This document shows positions 1 through 12,060 of a stretch of 64,000 bases of DNA, one piece after another (within the stretch, counting starts at the first letter, position 1; every line of letters begins with the position of its first letter). The DNA lies in NCBI RefSeq assembly GCF_001194135.2, contig NC_068997.1, forward strand, positions 2,890,355 to 2,954,354. The letters are read 5' to 3'. This stretch comes from Octopus bimaculoides. Taxonomy: Eukaryota. The notes under the pieces are model-generated. The model was not told where the DNA came from. It was given only the letters and a program-made list of their open reading frames with translations, and did no database searches. The translations under genes were made by a program, and so were the position numbers.

Positions 1-43
<43 letters not shown>

Positions 44-189
44 TATATGTATATATATATATATAATGTGCATAAAATACACACATACACGCGCGCATAC
101 GCACACCCCCCCGCACACATGAAAATGATAAGGTTGCAAATGAACAGGTTCAAGAAATGTACAGACGTCACAAAGAATGTTTTGAAGAT

Positions 190-1400
190 AAGAAGTGCTA
201 GAGAGAAAAGGCTTTACAACTCTGCCAAAAAATCTGTTCAAACTAAACTCCGAAAATGAAGTAACAGTGATGCACTCAAAAGGTTAAAGCTCTGCAAGAA
301 TGAACTAGTAAACATGACAAGACAGGTCTTTATCAAAATTTGAAGCAGGTATTTGGTCCAAGTAAGGAAGGGTGCTCTCCTGCTCTTTCTACAGAAGGGA
401 ATATTCTCAGTGATTCTAATGAGGAGCAGAATATTTTAAAGCTGTAAACAATACAGATACAAATGTTAACATGTGCCCAATCAATAATATCTCACAAAAT
501 CCGAGAAATAATACTCTTGCACTGGGTCCGAATATGAATGAAGTGGAAGTGGTTATAAAACAATTGACAAATAAAATAGTTCAGGAGAGGATGGTAGAAC
601 ATTTTAAATGTGGCGGAAATATTTTGATAGATAAATTGACAGGGATTTTAGTCCAAATGTGGCAAATAGGAACTGTCCTGCAACAATTTAAAGTTGCAAA
701 GACTGTACATCTATATAGCTACAAAAGTAATAAGTGTTAATGTGACAATCCTCGTGGCATATTGCTGCTGCCTGTTGCAGGAAAAATCCTCTTTAGAGAC
801 AAATAGAATTAACACCGACCTAGTCGGTTGTGTCTATTCAGAGTCAATGCAGATTTAGGTCAGGTCGAGGGACAGTGGATATGATATTCAGTATGCGACA
901 GATTCAGAAGGTCCAGCAGCACGATAAAACCTCTATATGGTATTTGTTGACCTTAGGAAAAACCTTTAACTCTGTATGTCGGCAGGCTTTATGGAAAGAT
1001 CAGCAAACACCGGGCTTCTCGAACAAATGCTAAATGTCATAGCATCTCTACATAAATATATGCAGGCATCTGTTCTCCAAAATGGCAGTCAGTCTCAGTC
1101 TCTTAGTGTTATAAATGATACAAACAAGGCTGTGTTTATGACAAGCGATGGGAGGTTCAAACTCGTAATGGGAAGGCCAGTATAGCTTTTGGGGAAATTT
1201 ATGATCGACTTTGGAATGCCAATGATATCTTTCTAAGGACAAAAATTCAGTTGTCGTAACAACTCTTCTATATGCAGCAGAGACCTGGACAACTTATTGT
1301 AGGCACATCAGTTAGTTGAACAAATTTCATATCAGATGTCTTTGGCAAATATGCGAGGTTCAGTGGGACGATGGATTGGAAATAGCACACTCCGGGAAAT
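190..1400 (+). mobile_element. Decayed RTE-clade LINE, reverse transcriptase region (frameshifts, stops, internal deletion)
   Basis: Motifs across frames: GPNMNEVEVVIKQL; HFKCGGNILIDKL; QQFKVAKTVHLY; RGILLLPVAGKIL; SQCRFRSGRGTVDMIFSMRQIQ; LYMVFVDL..NSVCRQALWK; GKASIAFGK.YDRLW; VVTTLLYAAETWTTY. Confidence 0.9.
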
Positions 1401-1529
1401 GTATAAAATACCTGGATTAGAAGATTTCTTAATCAAGTCTCAGATTTGATGGTATGGATATATCCTTTGCATGAACAGTGGTCAAATAATAAAAAAGAAT
1501 CTATTATCATTATTTACATTTTTTACATT

Positions 1530-2294
1530 CGACAGACAATTTTATTGGGAAATCCCATAAGGAATCGGTTATCGATTTTACAACTCATAGATTGCTTTTT
1601 TTCGTTTTGTTTATTTTTTTGAGAACTTAAAGCATTCAAAGATCCCATGAGTCCTAAATAACGCCGGCATCAAGTTTGGGCAAAATACATCAAAATTGGT
1701 AAAAGTTATGGTTGAAAATGGGGCGTAGCCAATTTTAGTGAGAAATCCTATAATAAATCGGTTTATCGATTTTTCATCCTGATTGAATGGAAAACCCCAT
1801 AAAGAATCAGTTTATTGATTTTTTCACCCCTAATAGGACTTAACCGAGCACAACATTACTGATTCAAAAATTCTATATTTATACTTTAAAGTTGGTTTTC
1901 ACACCAACCCAGTTCTGCAGAATCAGTGTCGCGACGCGAACGCATGGGTTGTGAGTTTGATCGGCAGAGGTGACCAGGTTGAACATGCTGGCCCTTTCAA
2001 CCACCACCCCCATCATCTAACCAGCATTGGTCCATGGGTTGGGAGCCCTCCCAGCAAGGAAAATAGAACGCCCAAAAGGCTCCCAATCCTGTGTGTTAGA
2101 AGAGGTTATGTTCGGATCACAACTGAGTCTTAACCTAATCCTAAGCTAACCTAGCGAAGGGGGGGGGGCTCAGGAGCCTCTGAAATTCAGCGACTAATCC
2201 CGAGGTAGACCGAACCCCTCCTAGGGGTATTAACGGTCATGACGTCATCGAAGATATGCATTGGAGAAGGTTGCATCGAAGGTTTGCACGCAAT

Positions 2295-2326
<32 letters not shown>

Positions 2327-3290
2327 TACACATACAATATGTCAAATTATTTACTATATATATATATATTATAACGAACCATATAATTCACACTCAGGAA
2401 AAATTATTTCTATAAAATTTNNNNNNNNNNCCCCCCCCCAAAGAGTTTTGAAGCTTATTAGGAAGGCACAGGAATTCATTCAACGAAAAAAAAAAATTGC
2501 CAATGATTCCAGGAGTGGGGGGAGGGGCCACACCCCACCCTTTTTGTCCGAACGAAAATAAGGGAGTTGCAGTATATTAGGTCAGGATACTTGATTTCAC
2601 GCAAAAAATCCGAGTTTTTTCTTTTTTCTTAGTGAAAATCGTGCAGGTGTTAATCTAAAAATTTACCCTTTGTTTGGTTTTCATTTTTCTTTCTTAGTGA
2701 CAGTTGTATGGGTGAAAAGATCAATGGGGTGGAGGTGAAATTTCCGAGGTCCCAACCGCACACCACGCCGTTTTTCGGAACCCAAAACGGTTTTGTAGCA
2801 CATTAGGCGGTCACAGGAATTCATTCAACGAAACAAAAAAATTTCGGATGATTCAGGGATGGAGGGCGCCCCCCTCTCCCTACCCACCTTTTCTCCGAAT
2901 CAAAATACGGGATTTGCAGTATATCAGGAGGTCAGGGTACTTGATTCCACGCAAACAATCCGAGTTTTTTTCTTTTTTCTTAGTGAAAATCGTTCGGGTG
3001 TTAATCTAAAAATGTACCCTTTGTTTTTCTTTCTCGCTATTGCTAGACAGGTTAGACAGGTGACTTGCGGATTTCACACAAGTGGAAATTGGTAAAAGTT
3101 ATGGTTGAAAATCGGTTTTTACCACTATCTGCGGGTACTTTTGGGGAAAATATGTTGACACAGCTACGATCGTGAGCGATGTCCTCCTAAAATTGGAGCG
3201 ACATGCGTGCTAATTTGTGGACGTGCATAAATTACATTCACGTACACACACACACACATCCTGCCTTTTATAGATATACAGATGTATGTA
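1530..3290. mobile_element. Putative non-autonomous element with internal repeated modules (Helentron/DINE-1-like appearance)
   Basis: Identical 27-mer aaattggtaaaagttatggttgaaaat at 1693-1719 and 3086-3112. Three gaaa..cc.ataa.gaatc.gtttat.gattt-like modules at 1545-1825. ~210-bp direct repeat. Ends in (CA)n then ttttatagatataca. Family call is by resemblance only. Confidence 0.4.
2467..3026 (+). repeat. Diverged direct repeat, ~210 bp x2 (2467-2675 and 2812-3026)
   Basis: Both copies begin cacaggaattcattcaacgaaa and end gtgttaatctaaaaat(t/g)taccctttgttt, sharing tccgagttttttcttttttcttagtgaaaatcgt. Confidence 0.9.
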
Positions 3291-3300
3291 CATATATTGA

Positions 3301-3512
3301 TTTCCAATTTTGATACAAGGCCAGCACATTTTTTTAGTGGGGGAATCGATTAAATCAAATGGTACAGCGTTCAAACGGTACTCATTTTGAGGGCCCAGAA
3401 AGGATGAAAGACAAAATCGGCCTTGGCGGTATTTGAACTCAGAACATTAAAAAATGATGAAATAACACGAAGCATTTTTGTCCGGAGTGGTAATGATTCT
3501 GCCAGCTCGTCG
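3301..3512 (-). mobile_element. tRNA-derived SINE family A, diverged copy
   Basis: Matches other copies (aaaggatgaaag.caaa.tcg.cct.ggcgg.atttgaactcagaac...gattctgccagctcg). B-box gagttcaaat on the minus strand. Confidence 0.85.
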
Positions 3513-3999
3513 ATTGCATGGAATGTAATAAAAGTATATGTAAAAAAGAAAAAACCCACTGATTTGGCATAATGTAAAATCAATGGTTTTATTAAGTCAT
3601 AAATTTTTTTGTGTACATTGAATTATTTTAGACAAAAATAAAAAGACAGCCGTTTAGCCTTGTGTAATGTTAATGGTCATATTGATTATAGAACTAGTTA
3701 GTGTAATAATAAGTTTATTAGTATATTACTATATCAGAACATTAGTATGCAATGGAGGAGATCTTTCTAATTGACTTCATTTGCTTTCATTATTGATTAT
3801 TGATCTGTTACTGTTTCGTGGGCGATGGTTCAACAAACTATGGAACGCACGCAGAGACATACGGATATTCTATTTCTTTGTGTGTGCATGTGTGTGTCTG
3901 TGAGTGTGTGCGTGAGTGTATGTGTGTGTGTGTGTTTGTGTATGTATATAATATATCTATATATATATATGCACACACATGCACACACACAGACATATA

Positions 4000-4049
<50 letters not shown>

Positions 4050-4420
4050 TATATACATATACATATCATACACACACATACACACACACACACACAAACC
4101 CACCCTTGTTTGCGCCCTCGCGCTTACACTTTGTTCAGCAGCAGTTATCATCGTAGTTCTGGTTGTTGCTGTTGTAACTGATGAGGAGGAGGAAAAAGTG
4201 AAGGAGGATGAGGAGGAGAAAGAGAAGAAGGAGGAGGATGAGTAGACATTAAATAACATAAAATAGAAATACGTTAAAGAAATTGGATGATAAGCTGAAA
4301 ATAAAACAAAATATTATTGTTTAAATGTCGATTAAAATAGGTTAATATGAGAAATATATCACAGCAGCGACTGCTGCTTCTGCTGCTGTTAGTATTATAA
4401 TTATTATCATTATTACTATT

Positions 4421-5098
4421 GCCTTCAAATTTTGGCACAATGCCAGCAGTCTCTGGGAAGGAGCTAAGTCGGTTACATTGACTCCAGTGTTCAACTGGTA
4501 CTTATTTTACCGACTCCGAAAGAATGAAAGGCAAAGTCAATGTCGACGGAATTTGAACTCAGAACATGCAGATGGATGTAATGATACCAAGTGTTTTGCT
4601 CGGTGCGGTAACAATTCTGCCAACTAGCCGCCTCAACTGTTACTATTAATAGAGGAAATAACAATAGTAATAATAACACTTTCTACTATAGGTACAAGGC
4701 CTGAAATCTGGGGGCAGGCGGCTAGTCGATCACATCGACCCAGTGCCTAACTGGTAATTATTTAATCGACCCCAGTGCGTAACTGGTAATTATTTAATCG
4801 ACCCCAGTGCGTAACTGGTAATTATTTCATCGACCCCGAAAGGATGAAAAGTAAAGTCAACATCGGCGGAATTTGAACTCAGAACGTAAGCACAGACGAA
4901 TGCCTGGCGTGCTAAAGATTTTGCCATTTTGCTGCCTTTCCAGTAGTAATAATAATAGTAATAATGTTTTGGATCTTAACACAAGATCAGCGAATTTAAG
5001 AGGGGTTACTCGATTACATGAACCCCTGCACTTTTACTTGTACTTTATTTTATCGACCCTGAAGAATGAAAGGTGAAGTTAACATCGGTGGGATTTAG
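4421..5098 (-). mobile_element. Three head-to-tail SINE family A copies (4421-4633, 4681-4938, 4967-5098 partial)
   Basis: Repeated family-A body, each copy preceded on + by an (AAT)/(ATT)-like tract. Confidence 0.9.
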
Positions 5099-5349
5099 TA
5101 TATACAATGCTTCGAAGCAATTAAGCAATTTTCTGACGTAAATGATCATTTGTTTGTTTGTCAGCGAGGAACTATTCATAGCGGTAATAGAATAAACGTA
5201 GTCAAGCAGTTAAGGGTTGGCGAAAATAATGTATATAAATAAAGTAGTAGTTAGACACTTGTTTAACTATTTCATGTTTATGAGATCTATAAAATAAAAA
5301 TATAATGATAGGAAAACAATTTTTACAGGAAATATTTTATCGGTGAAAA

Positions 5350-5640
5350 AAGAAACATGAGGGGAAACTCAGCTAAAGTTGGTAGAAATCCATCAGAAAC
5401 GTTGGACCAGATTCTAAAAATTAACTGCGAAGACTGGCGTTCAAATTGCTATTCCGGGTGTTACGCGTGAATAGCTTTGGTGTCAAGCAAGTTAACAAAT
5501 ATCTCGAGTGCTCAAGGTAAGTGTACATTAGCTGATCGAAGACTACTAGTGTAGTGTGATTTTTAAAATTACCCAAATCTTCCTGTTGTATGTTAGGTGG
5601 TCTAAATGTGGTTGTCATTAGACACTCTAATGCTAATGAC
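5350..5640 (-). mobile_element. Possible very old LINE 3' remnant (CR1/L2/Jockey group)
   Basis: Minus-strand LTPKLFTRNTRNSN and STNFS*VSPHV loosely resemble LINE ORF2 C-termini. Confidence 0.3.
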
Positions 5641-6330
5641 AACCTGTGTGATTGTCATTAGCAGACTCAACTTAGCTTTATATTACCCGATCATACCACA
5701 CCAGTTTGGTGAATGATCAGCTGATACGGAATCTATAATTCGAATATTTTATTACATAATCAGAAACCGTCTGACCGTGAATCAACATTTTACTGCACAT
5801 TTCCGATTCCTTTGGGGAGTTTTATTCAGCAGCTCTATCAATTTTTCAGAATTTTGGACGAACTGAGCTAAGAATCTAGGAAACCGGCCTTATGAGCCTA
5901 TAGCTCGGGAAGGACCTTTAATCCCTCTTGATGTATGTGTATGTGTGTGTGTGTACATAAAATATATGCGTATATACATATACATACATGCGTGCGTCAA
6001 TTGCACCTATGTATATGTGGCTATATATGTATATGCATGTGTATATATANNNNNNNNNNNNNNNNNNNNNNNNNNNNNNNNNNNNNNNNNNNNNNNNNNN
6101 NNNNNNNNNNNNNNNNNNNNNNNNNNNNNNNNNNNNNNNNNNNNNNNNNNNNNNNNNNNNNNNNNNNNNNNNNNNNNNNNNNNNNNNNNNNNNNNNNNNN
6201 NNNNNNNNNNNNNNNNNNNNNNNNNNNNNNNNNNNNNNNNNNNNNNNNNNNNNNNNNNNNNNNNNNNNNNNNNNNNNNNNNNNNNNNNNNNNNNNNNNNN
6301 NNNNNNNNNNNNNNNNNNNNNNNNNNNNNN

Positions 6331-6371
<41 letters not shown>

Positions 6372-7009
6372 CTGTGTTTGTGTGTGTGTATGTGTGTATT
6401 TCTGTATATATGTATATATATATATATATACAGAAACACACACACACACACGTACACCTCGTCACACCAACTTCACAACAACCTTCTACAGCTGACACAC
6501 CGCTATGTATATTTATATGTGTGTGTGCTTCACACAAATAATTTTGTATTCAGAAACTTTTTATACATTTCACACATGTTCTCACGCAGACACTCTATTA
6601 TACATCTTCACTCACAAACACACACACACACACACTCACGCATGCACACGCACACAAACAAACGCCCTTTAAATCTCACATATCCTCGTATAACCGTTTT
6701 AATAGCTTCATCGAACTATTTGATTTTACAATCTATATTTCTGATGTGAATATTCAATGTTAAAATTGTTTTTTATTGTATCACTTCCCAACTAACTGTT
6801 TTTCCTCTCTCTTTGTGGATATTTTCATCTATTTTATATTCTATATTTTTAAAATTACTTATTTAAACTCTATCTGATATTTTTTACCATCTGTTTCGGT
6901 CGAAGCTTGCCAAAATATGAAATAAAAGAAGCAAATATGAATATCTGATTCTGGAAGGATATTTTGACGTTTATTGGATAAAAATGATAATTTATTTGCA
7001 AATTCTGGT

Positions 7010-7054
7010 GTTTATTATTATCATTATTATTATTGGTGTTGTTGTTATCATCAT

Positions 7055-7099
<45 letters not shown>

Positions 7100-7122
7100 C
7101 ATCCTCATCGTCATTCTCACCG

Positions 7123-7204
<82 letters not shown>

Positions 7205-7216
7205 TCAGCATTATTA

Positions 7217-7257
<41 letters not shown>

Positions 7258-7310
7258 GCTTTTAATATTGCTATTATTATTATTGTCATTGTTGTTGTTG
7301 TTGTTGTTAC
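7010..7310 (+). repeat. Compound trinucleotide microsatellite (ATT)(CAT)n(ATT)n(GTT)
   Basis: Directly visible; source of the poly-H/I/D/M pseudo-ORFs. Confidence 0.95.
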
Positions 7311-7779
7311 CTTAAGCTATCAAAGGCTGAACTGAATATAAAATAATATTAGCGTAAATAACACCAACAATATTGACAGTGTAGCAACAGGGGCAGCAGC
7401 AGGGGCAGAAGCAGCAGTAGCAGCAGTAAATCAAATATTAATCCTGACTACACTGAGCAGAGGTAACAAAAAGCCAAAAGAATAAAAAAATAAATAAATA
7501 AATAAACGAAAACAACAAAAAATATTAATCGAAAGTGTGAATCACAAGTGCCATTTATTTGGGCAATATTTTTCAACATAGACAACGTTGTGTAAGTTCC
7601 ATTAAAGAAACTCGGATAAAAAACAAACAAACAAACAAGCGTCCATACATAAATAAATAAATAAATAAATAAACAAATAAATAAAACAATGAAAATTTTA
7701 CCTTGCAGCAACTCAATAAAATTTTGAAAATAAACATTAAGTGATTCTACGGCAGAACTGTCTGCCATCTGTATTGAAG

Positions 7780-7819
<40 letters not shown>

Positions 7820-7843
7820 GTAGTAGTAGTAGTAGTAGTAGTA

Positions 7844-7905
<62 letters not shown>

Positions 7906-7932
7906 GTTGCTGTTCTTGTTGTTGTTTTTGTT
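7780..7932 (+). repeat. Compound (ATT)n(AGT)n(ATT)n(GTT) microsatellite
   Basis: Directly visible. Confidence 0.95.
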
Positions 7933-8433
7933 ATTGATCATCCTCTCTTCTACAGCTGTATGCGAGTTTCTACTGCACCGCCAGCTGCATCACACTCATA
8001 CTCCTTGTGTGCATATGTGCTTTTGTTTGTGCGTTTATGTGCATGTGCGCGCGAATGTTTGTGTGCGCGCTCGTGAGTGCGTGAGAATGTGTGTACTCGC
8101 ATATGTATGGGCGTATATCTGCCTGTGTGTGTGTGTAAGTGCGTGTGTTCGTGTGTGCTTGTCTTTCGGGATATGTAGAATTGATCTTCCATTTTACATT
8201 AGCAATAGTTTGTTGCGGGATTCCGTTTATTGGTTTTGATTACATATGTCTGTTGTTCTCGGTAGTAGGGTGTATATATGTATGTATGCATGTATGTATG
8301 TATGTATGTATCTATGTATCTATGTATATGTGTGTGTGTATAATGTATGTGTATATGTATGTATATATATATATATATGTATGTGTTTACATATGTATAT
8401 ATATAAATATGCATATGCATATGTATGTATATA

Positions 8434-8465
<32 letters not shown>

Positions 8466-9644
8466 NNNNNNNNNNNNNNNNNNNNNNNNNNNNNNNNNNN
8501 NNNNNNNNNNNNNNNNNNNNNNNNNNNNNNNNNNNNNNNNNNNNNNNNNNNNNNNNNNNNNNNNNNNNNNNNNNNNNNNNNNNNNNNNNNNNNNNNNNNN
8601 NNNNNNNNNNNNNNNNNNNNNNNNNNNNNNNNNNNNNNNNNNNNNNNNNNNNNNNNNNNNNNNNNNNNNNNNNNNNNNNNNNNNNNNNNNNNNNNNNNNN
8701 NNNNNNNNNNNNNNNNNNNNNNNNNNNNNNNNNNNNNNNNNNNNNNNNNNNNNNNNNNNNNNNNNNNNNNNNNNNNNNNNNNNNNNNNNNNNNNNNNNNN
8801 NNNNNNNNNNNNNNNNNNNNATATATATATATATATATATATACCTATAGATGTAAGTATGTACATATAGGTATGTTATTTTGTTGTTTGGCATTTTTGT
8901 GTAGTGTACATATATTTTGCTTTCTTTTGTTCTGTCTGGTATGTGCGTATAGAATATGTTTTATTGCTATGTCAATTTTCTGTAGCGTCTATGTGCTGTA
9001 TTTTTGTTGAATATGCGTATTATTCCTGTTGTGTGGTGTTTGAGTTGTGTATATGTAATGGATGGGATGTGTTGTGTTGTGATGTACGTTCGAAGCATGT
9101 ATAATTGTGTGGCATTTTGGAGAATATGTGTCTTATATGGTAACCTGTTGCATCATGCATTGTAGAGTATTAGTAACATATGGTTGCTATGTGTGTGTGT
9201 GGGGGGGGGCGTGTGTGTGAAAAATATATGCAATATGTGCGTTGTATTGCATTTGTGTAGAGTGTCTGTAATATATGTGTCCTTCCGTGGTTTGGAGTAG
9301 CATTTGTGTAGAATATGTGTAATGTGGGTGTTGTGAACGAACAAAAATGAGAGAATGTTATAAAGAGCAAAAGAGAGAAAAAGAGTGGGAGCAACAAAAC
9401 TAGAAGAGGTTAAAGAGAGAAAGAGAGAGAGAGAACAAAAGAGAGCGAGAAAGCGTGGGAACACCAGAACAAGAATGAGAGAAAGAGAGAGAGAAAAATC
9501 TGGAAGCAACAGAGCGAGAAAGCGGAAGAAAGCTAAAAAGGGGAGAAAAAGAGTGAGCGCAAAAGAGTGCGAAAAGAGAAAGAGGGGGAGAGGGAGGGAG
9601 AGGGAGGGAGAGAGAGGGAGGAGAGGGAGGGAGAGAGAGAATGA

Positions 9645-9802
9645 CTCGAATACCCGCCATGGTCTGCCAAAAGCTTTACTGATGTCGAGGGCATCCTTAA
9701 ATTTATTTGTGTATGAGGGTAACATAAGCCAGTATGTTCCCAATGGATGAGATCTTACTGAAATCGTAGAGTTGATCGTTCAGGAAGGAGAAAGAAACGA
9801 AG

Positions 9803-9847
<45 letters not shown>

Positions 9848-10400
9848 AAGAGAGAGAGTCATGTAGACTGTGATTCAAAACACTTAAGCATATCGTTGTT
9901 GATATATGTCTTTTCCTTAGTCTTGACATGTTGAAATGGAGGGCTAGAGGAGAGTAATTGGGGGGTAGGTGAGAGGAGTAACCTTCATGGGAACGGGAAA
10001 GACTGTAGCATGTTTCGAAAGATCAGACCATATCCCTGCAGGTAGTGAGCAATTGAGGAGTTTGAAGCCTACCAAAGTGTAACTCTGAAGTGCATTGTTT
10101 AAGAATTGTGTGAGGGATATTGTGAGACCCGGTGGCCTCATCAGTTTGAAGTGGTTGGAGGTAATGTAGCGTGTATGCATTGGGGTAGGGACGCTAGTAG
10201 AATGGAATGGCATAGATTTGGAGTAGATTTACTATCTGTGAGAAATTTTGGAATTCTATGCAAAGAGGGTAGTGAAGGTGGAGATTTTCTTTTCGAGAGT
10301 GGGTACCAATCCCATTATTCACACAAAATAATCACTGTTGAGAAGCGATGGGAATGACGTTTTCTGTAAATATTCTTATGTTGTTTTATTGCTGGAGGAT
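9645..10400 (-). mobile_element. Decayed LINE reverse transcriptase (CR1/L2/Jockey group), interrupted by an (AG)n tract
   Basis: Minus-strand motifs in order: FPSLLNSD; TTLFA*NS; SKHATVFPVPMK..YPPITLL; LNDQLYDFSKISSIGNILAYVT; ALDISKAFGRPW (= LDISKAFDRVW). Confidence 0.85.
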
Positions 10401-10559
10401 AATGCGTAGAATATGTAGTGTGTGCGTGAGGCGAAGTGTTGTGCTATATTAATAGGTGTTAACTGGATAGAACTGTGAGCTGCCGTCTCCTTAATACCGA
10501 GATTGATTGTGTTAGAGTATATGTTTGGTGTAATTTTATTAAAAGAGGATTAATATGTA

Positions 10560-12060
10560 AAATGTGCATTGTTTAAACCATACACTCTGTAAAGAGAGTG
10601 TTGTGTAACAAACACGTTGTATAAAGAATGTCTCAAGAAACGTATGTGGGGTGCATATGTGTTGTGTAAAGTAAATGTGTAAAGTATGTGTTGTGTAAAA
10701 TATGTGTTATGTAAAGTATGTGTTGTATAAAGTATGTTATGTAAAGTATGTGTTGTGTAAAGTATGTGTTATGCAAAATATGCTGTATAAAGTATGGGTA
10801 GTGGAAAGTATATGTTGTGTAAAGTACGTGTTTTGTACTAATGTAGATTATGTTATGAAAAGTATGTATCCTGTAAAATATGCATTATACACAGTAGTGT
10901 GTAAAGTTTGTAGCGTGTAAAGAATGTGTTAGGTAAAGTAGTGTGTTGTTTATGTATTGTGTAGAGTATGTGTTTATGTATCTGTGTAGAGCAAATAAAA
11001 AGTTTTAAAAGAATGTTATTTAATAACACAGAGCTGATATAACCGGTGTCTTTGTTATAAACGTGTATTTAAAAATATACAACCCATATGGCAACGTGTA
11101 TGTGAGCAATGCGGCCAGTACAGACTCAGCAGTCATACCTGATGTAAGGTACTGTGTAGGCATCGTATTGCGTTAAGCAAGCGCTGTTCGAAATTGCTGT
11201 TGTATAAATATTATGTTGTAAAGTATATGTTTCTGTAATGTTGGTGTTGTATAAAAGTGTTGTAATAGAGAATGTGTTGTGCAAAGCAAATGTTGTATAA
11301 AGTACATGATTTGTAAAATATGTATTGCTTGAAGTATGATTTTCTGTAAAGTGTACGTTGTTTAGACTGTTGTTTTGTAAAGAATGTGTTGTGTAAAGCA
11401 GCGCTTATGGAAAGTGTGTAAAATGTATGCAGTGCAAATTGTGTTGTGTAAATTATATATTGTGAAAATTTTACACAATTTTGTCAAATAAGTGGTTCGG
11501 GAGCCGCATGCAGCCCTTTTTGAACACAAATATCACCTGAGAGTGGGTACCTAGAAGTTTAATACTGGAGAAACAAAAGTGATGAATAGAAATAACAAGA
11601 ATTTGATTTAAGAAATAAGATTATTGATAAGCAAAGAAAAAGTTTTAAAAGAATTTTATTTAATAATAAAGAACTGATATGGCCGGAGTCTTTGTCATAA
11701 ACGTGTATTTAAAATTATGCAACCCGCATGGCAACCTGTATGTGAGCAATGCGGCCCATACAGACTCAGCAGTTTGATATACCTGATGTAAAGTATGTGC
11801 CATGAAAAGTATGCATCGTGTAAAATATGTGTTGTAGAACCTTTTTCTGCGTATAGTATATTACGTAAAGTATATGATGCATTGCGGTCACGTTGCGAAA
11901 TGCACTCCTTTTATAAAATATATATATCTTGGATAAAGTATATGATGTATATAGTATGTTTTGCATAAAATATATGTGTAGTGTATAAAGTATGTTGTGT
12001 ATGTATTATGTTGTATTATGTAGTGGTGATTCTGTCTTGGATAGTATGTGAGATATCGAT
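10560..12060 (+). repeat. Degenerate T/G-rich minisatellite-like tract (unit ~gtgttgtgtaaagtat)
   Basis: Many imperfect tgtgttgt(g/a)taaagtat copies, strongest at 10660-10780. Confidence 0.75.
11476..11785 (+). mobile_element. Probable hAT-type MITE, with a duplicate of its right ~160 bp at 10991-11148
   Basis: Left end ttgtcaaataagtggttcgggagccgcatgcagccc; right end gcggcccatacagactcagcagtttgatatacctg. Blocks 10991-11148 and 11631-11791 align closely. No TSD seen. Confidence 0.55.

Noticed and set aside
2128-2156. taacctaatcctaagctaacctag as a telomerase template or telomeric repeat
   Set aside because: It is too degenerate relative to (TAACCC)n.
4734-4828. 32-bp repeats as a CRISPR-like array
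   Set aside because: The repeats are contiguous with no spacers, lie inside a SINE, are in eukaryotic context and have no cas genes.
6870-7315. Poly-Asp/His/Ile/Met ORFs
   Set aside because: A compound trinucleotide microsatellite is open in several frames at once.
9153-9750. 196-aa and 121-aa ORFs (L/S/F-rich and R/E/K-rich)
   Set aside because: They come from an AG-rich low-complexity tract; only 9645-9790 is LINE-derived.
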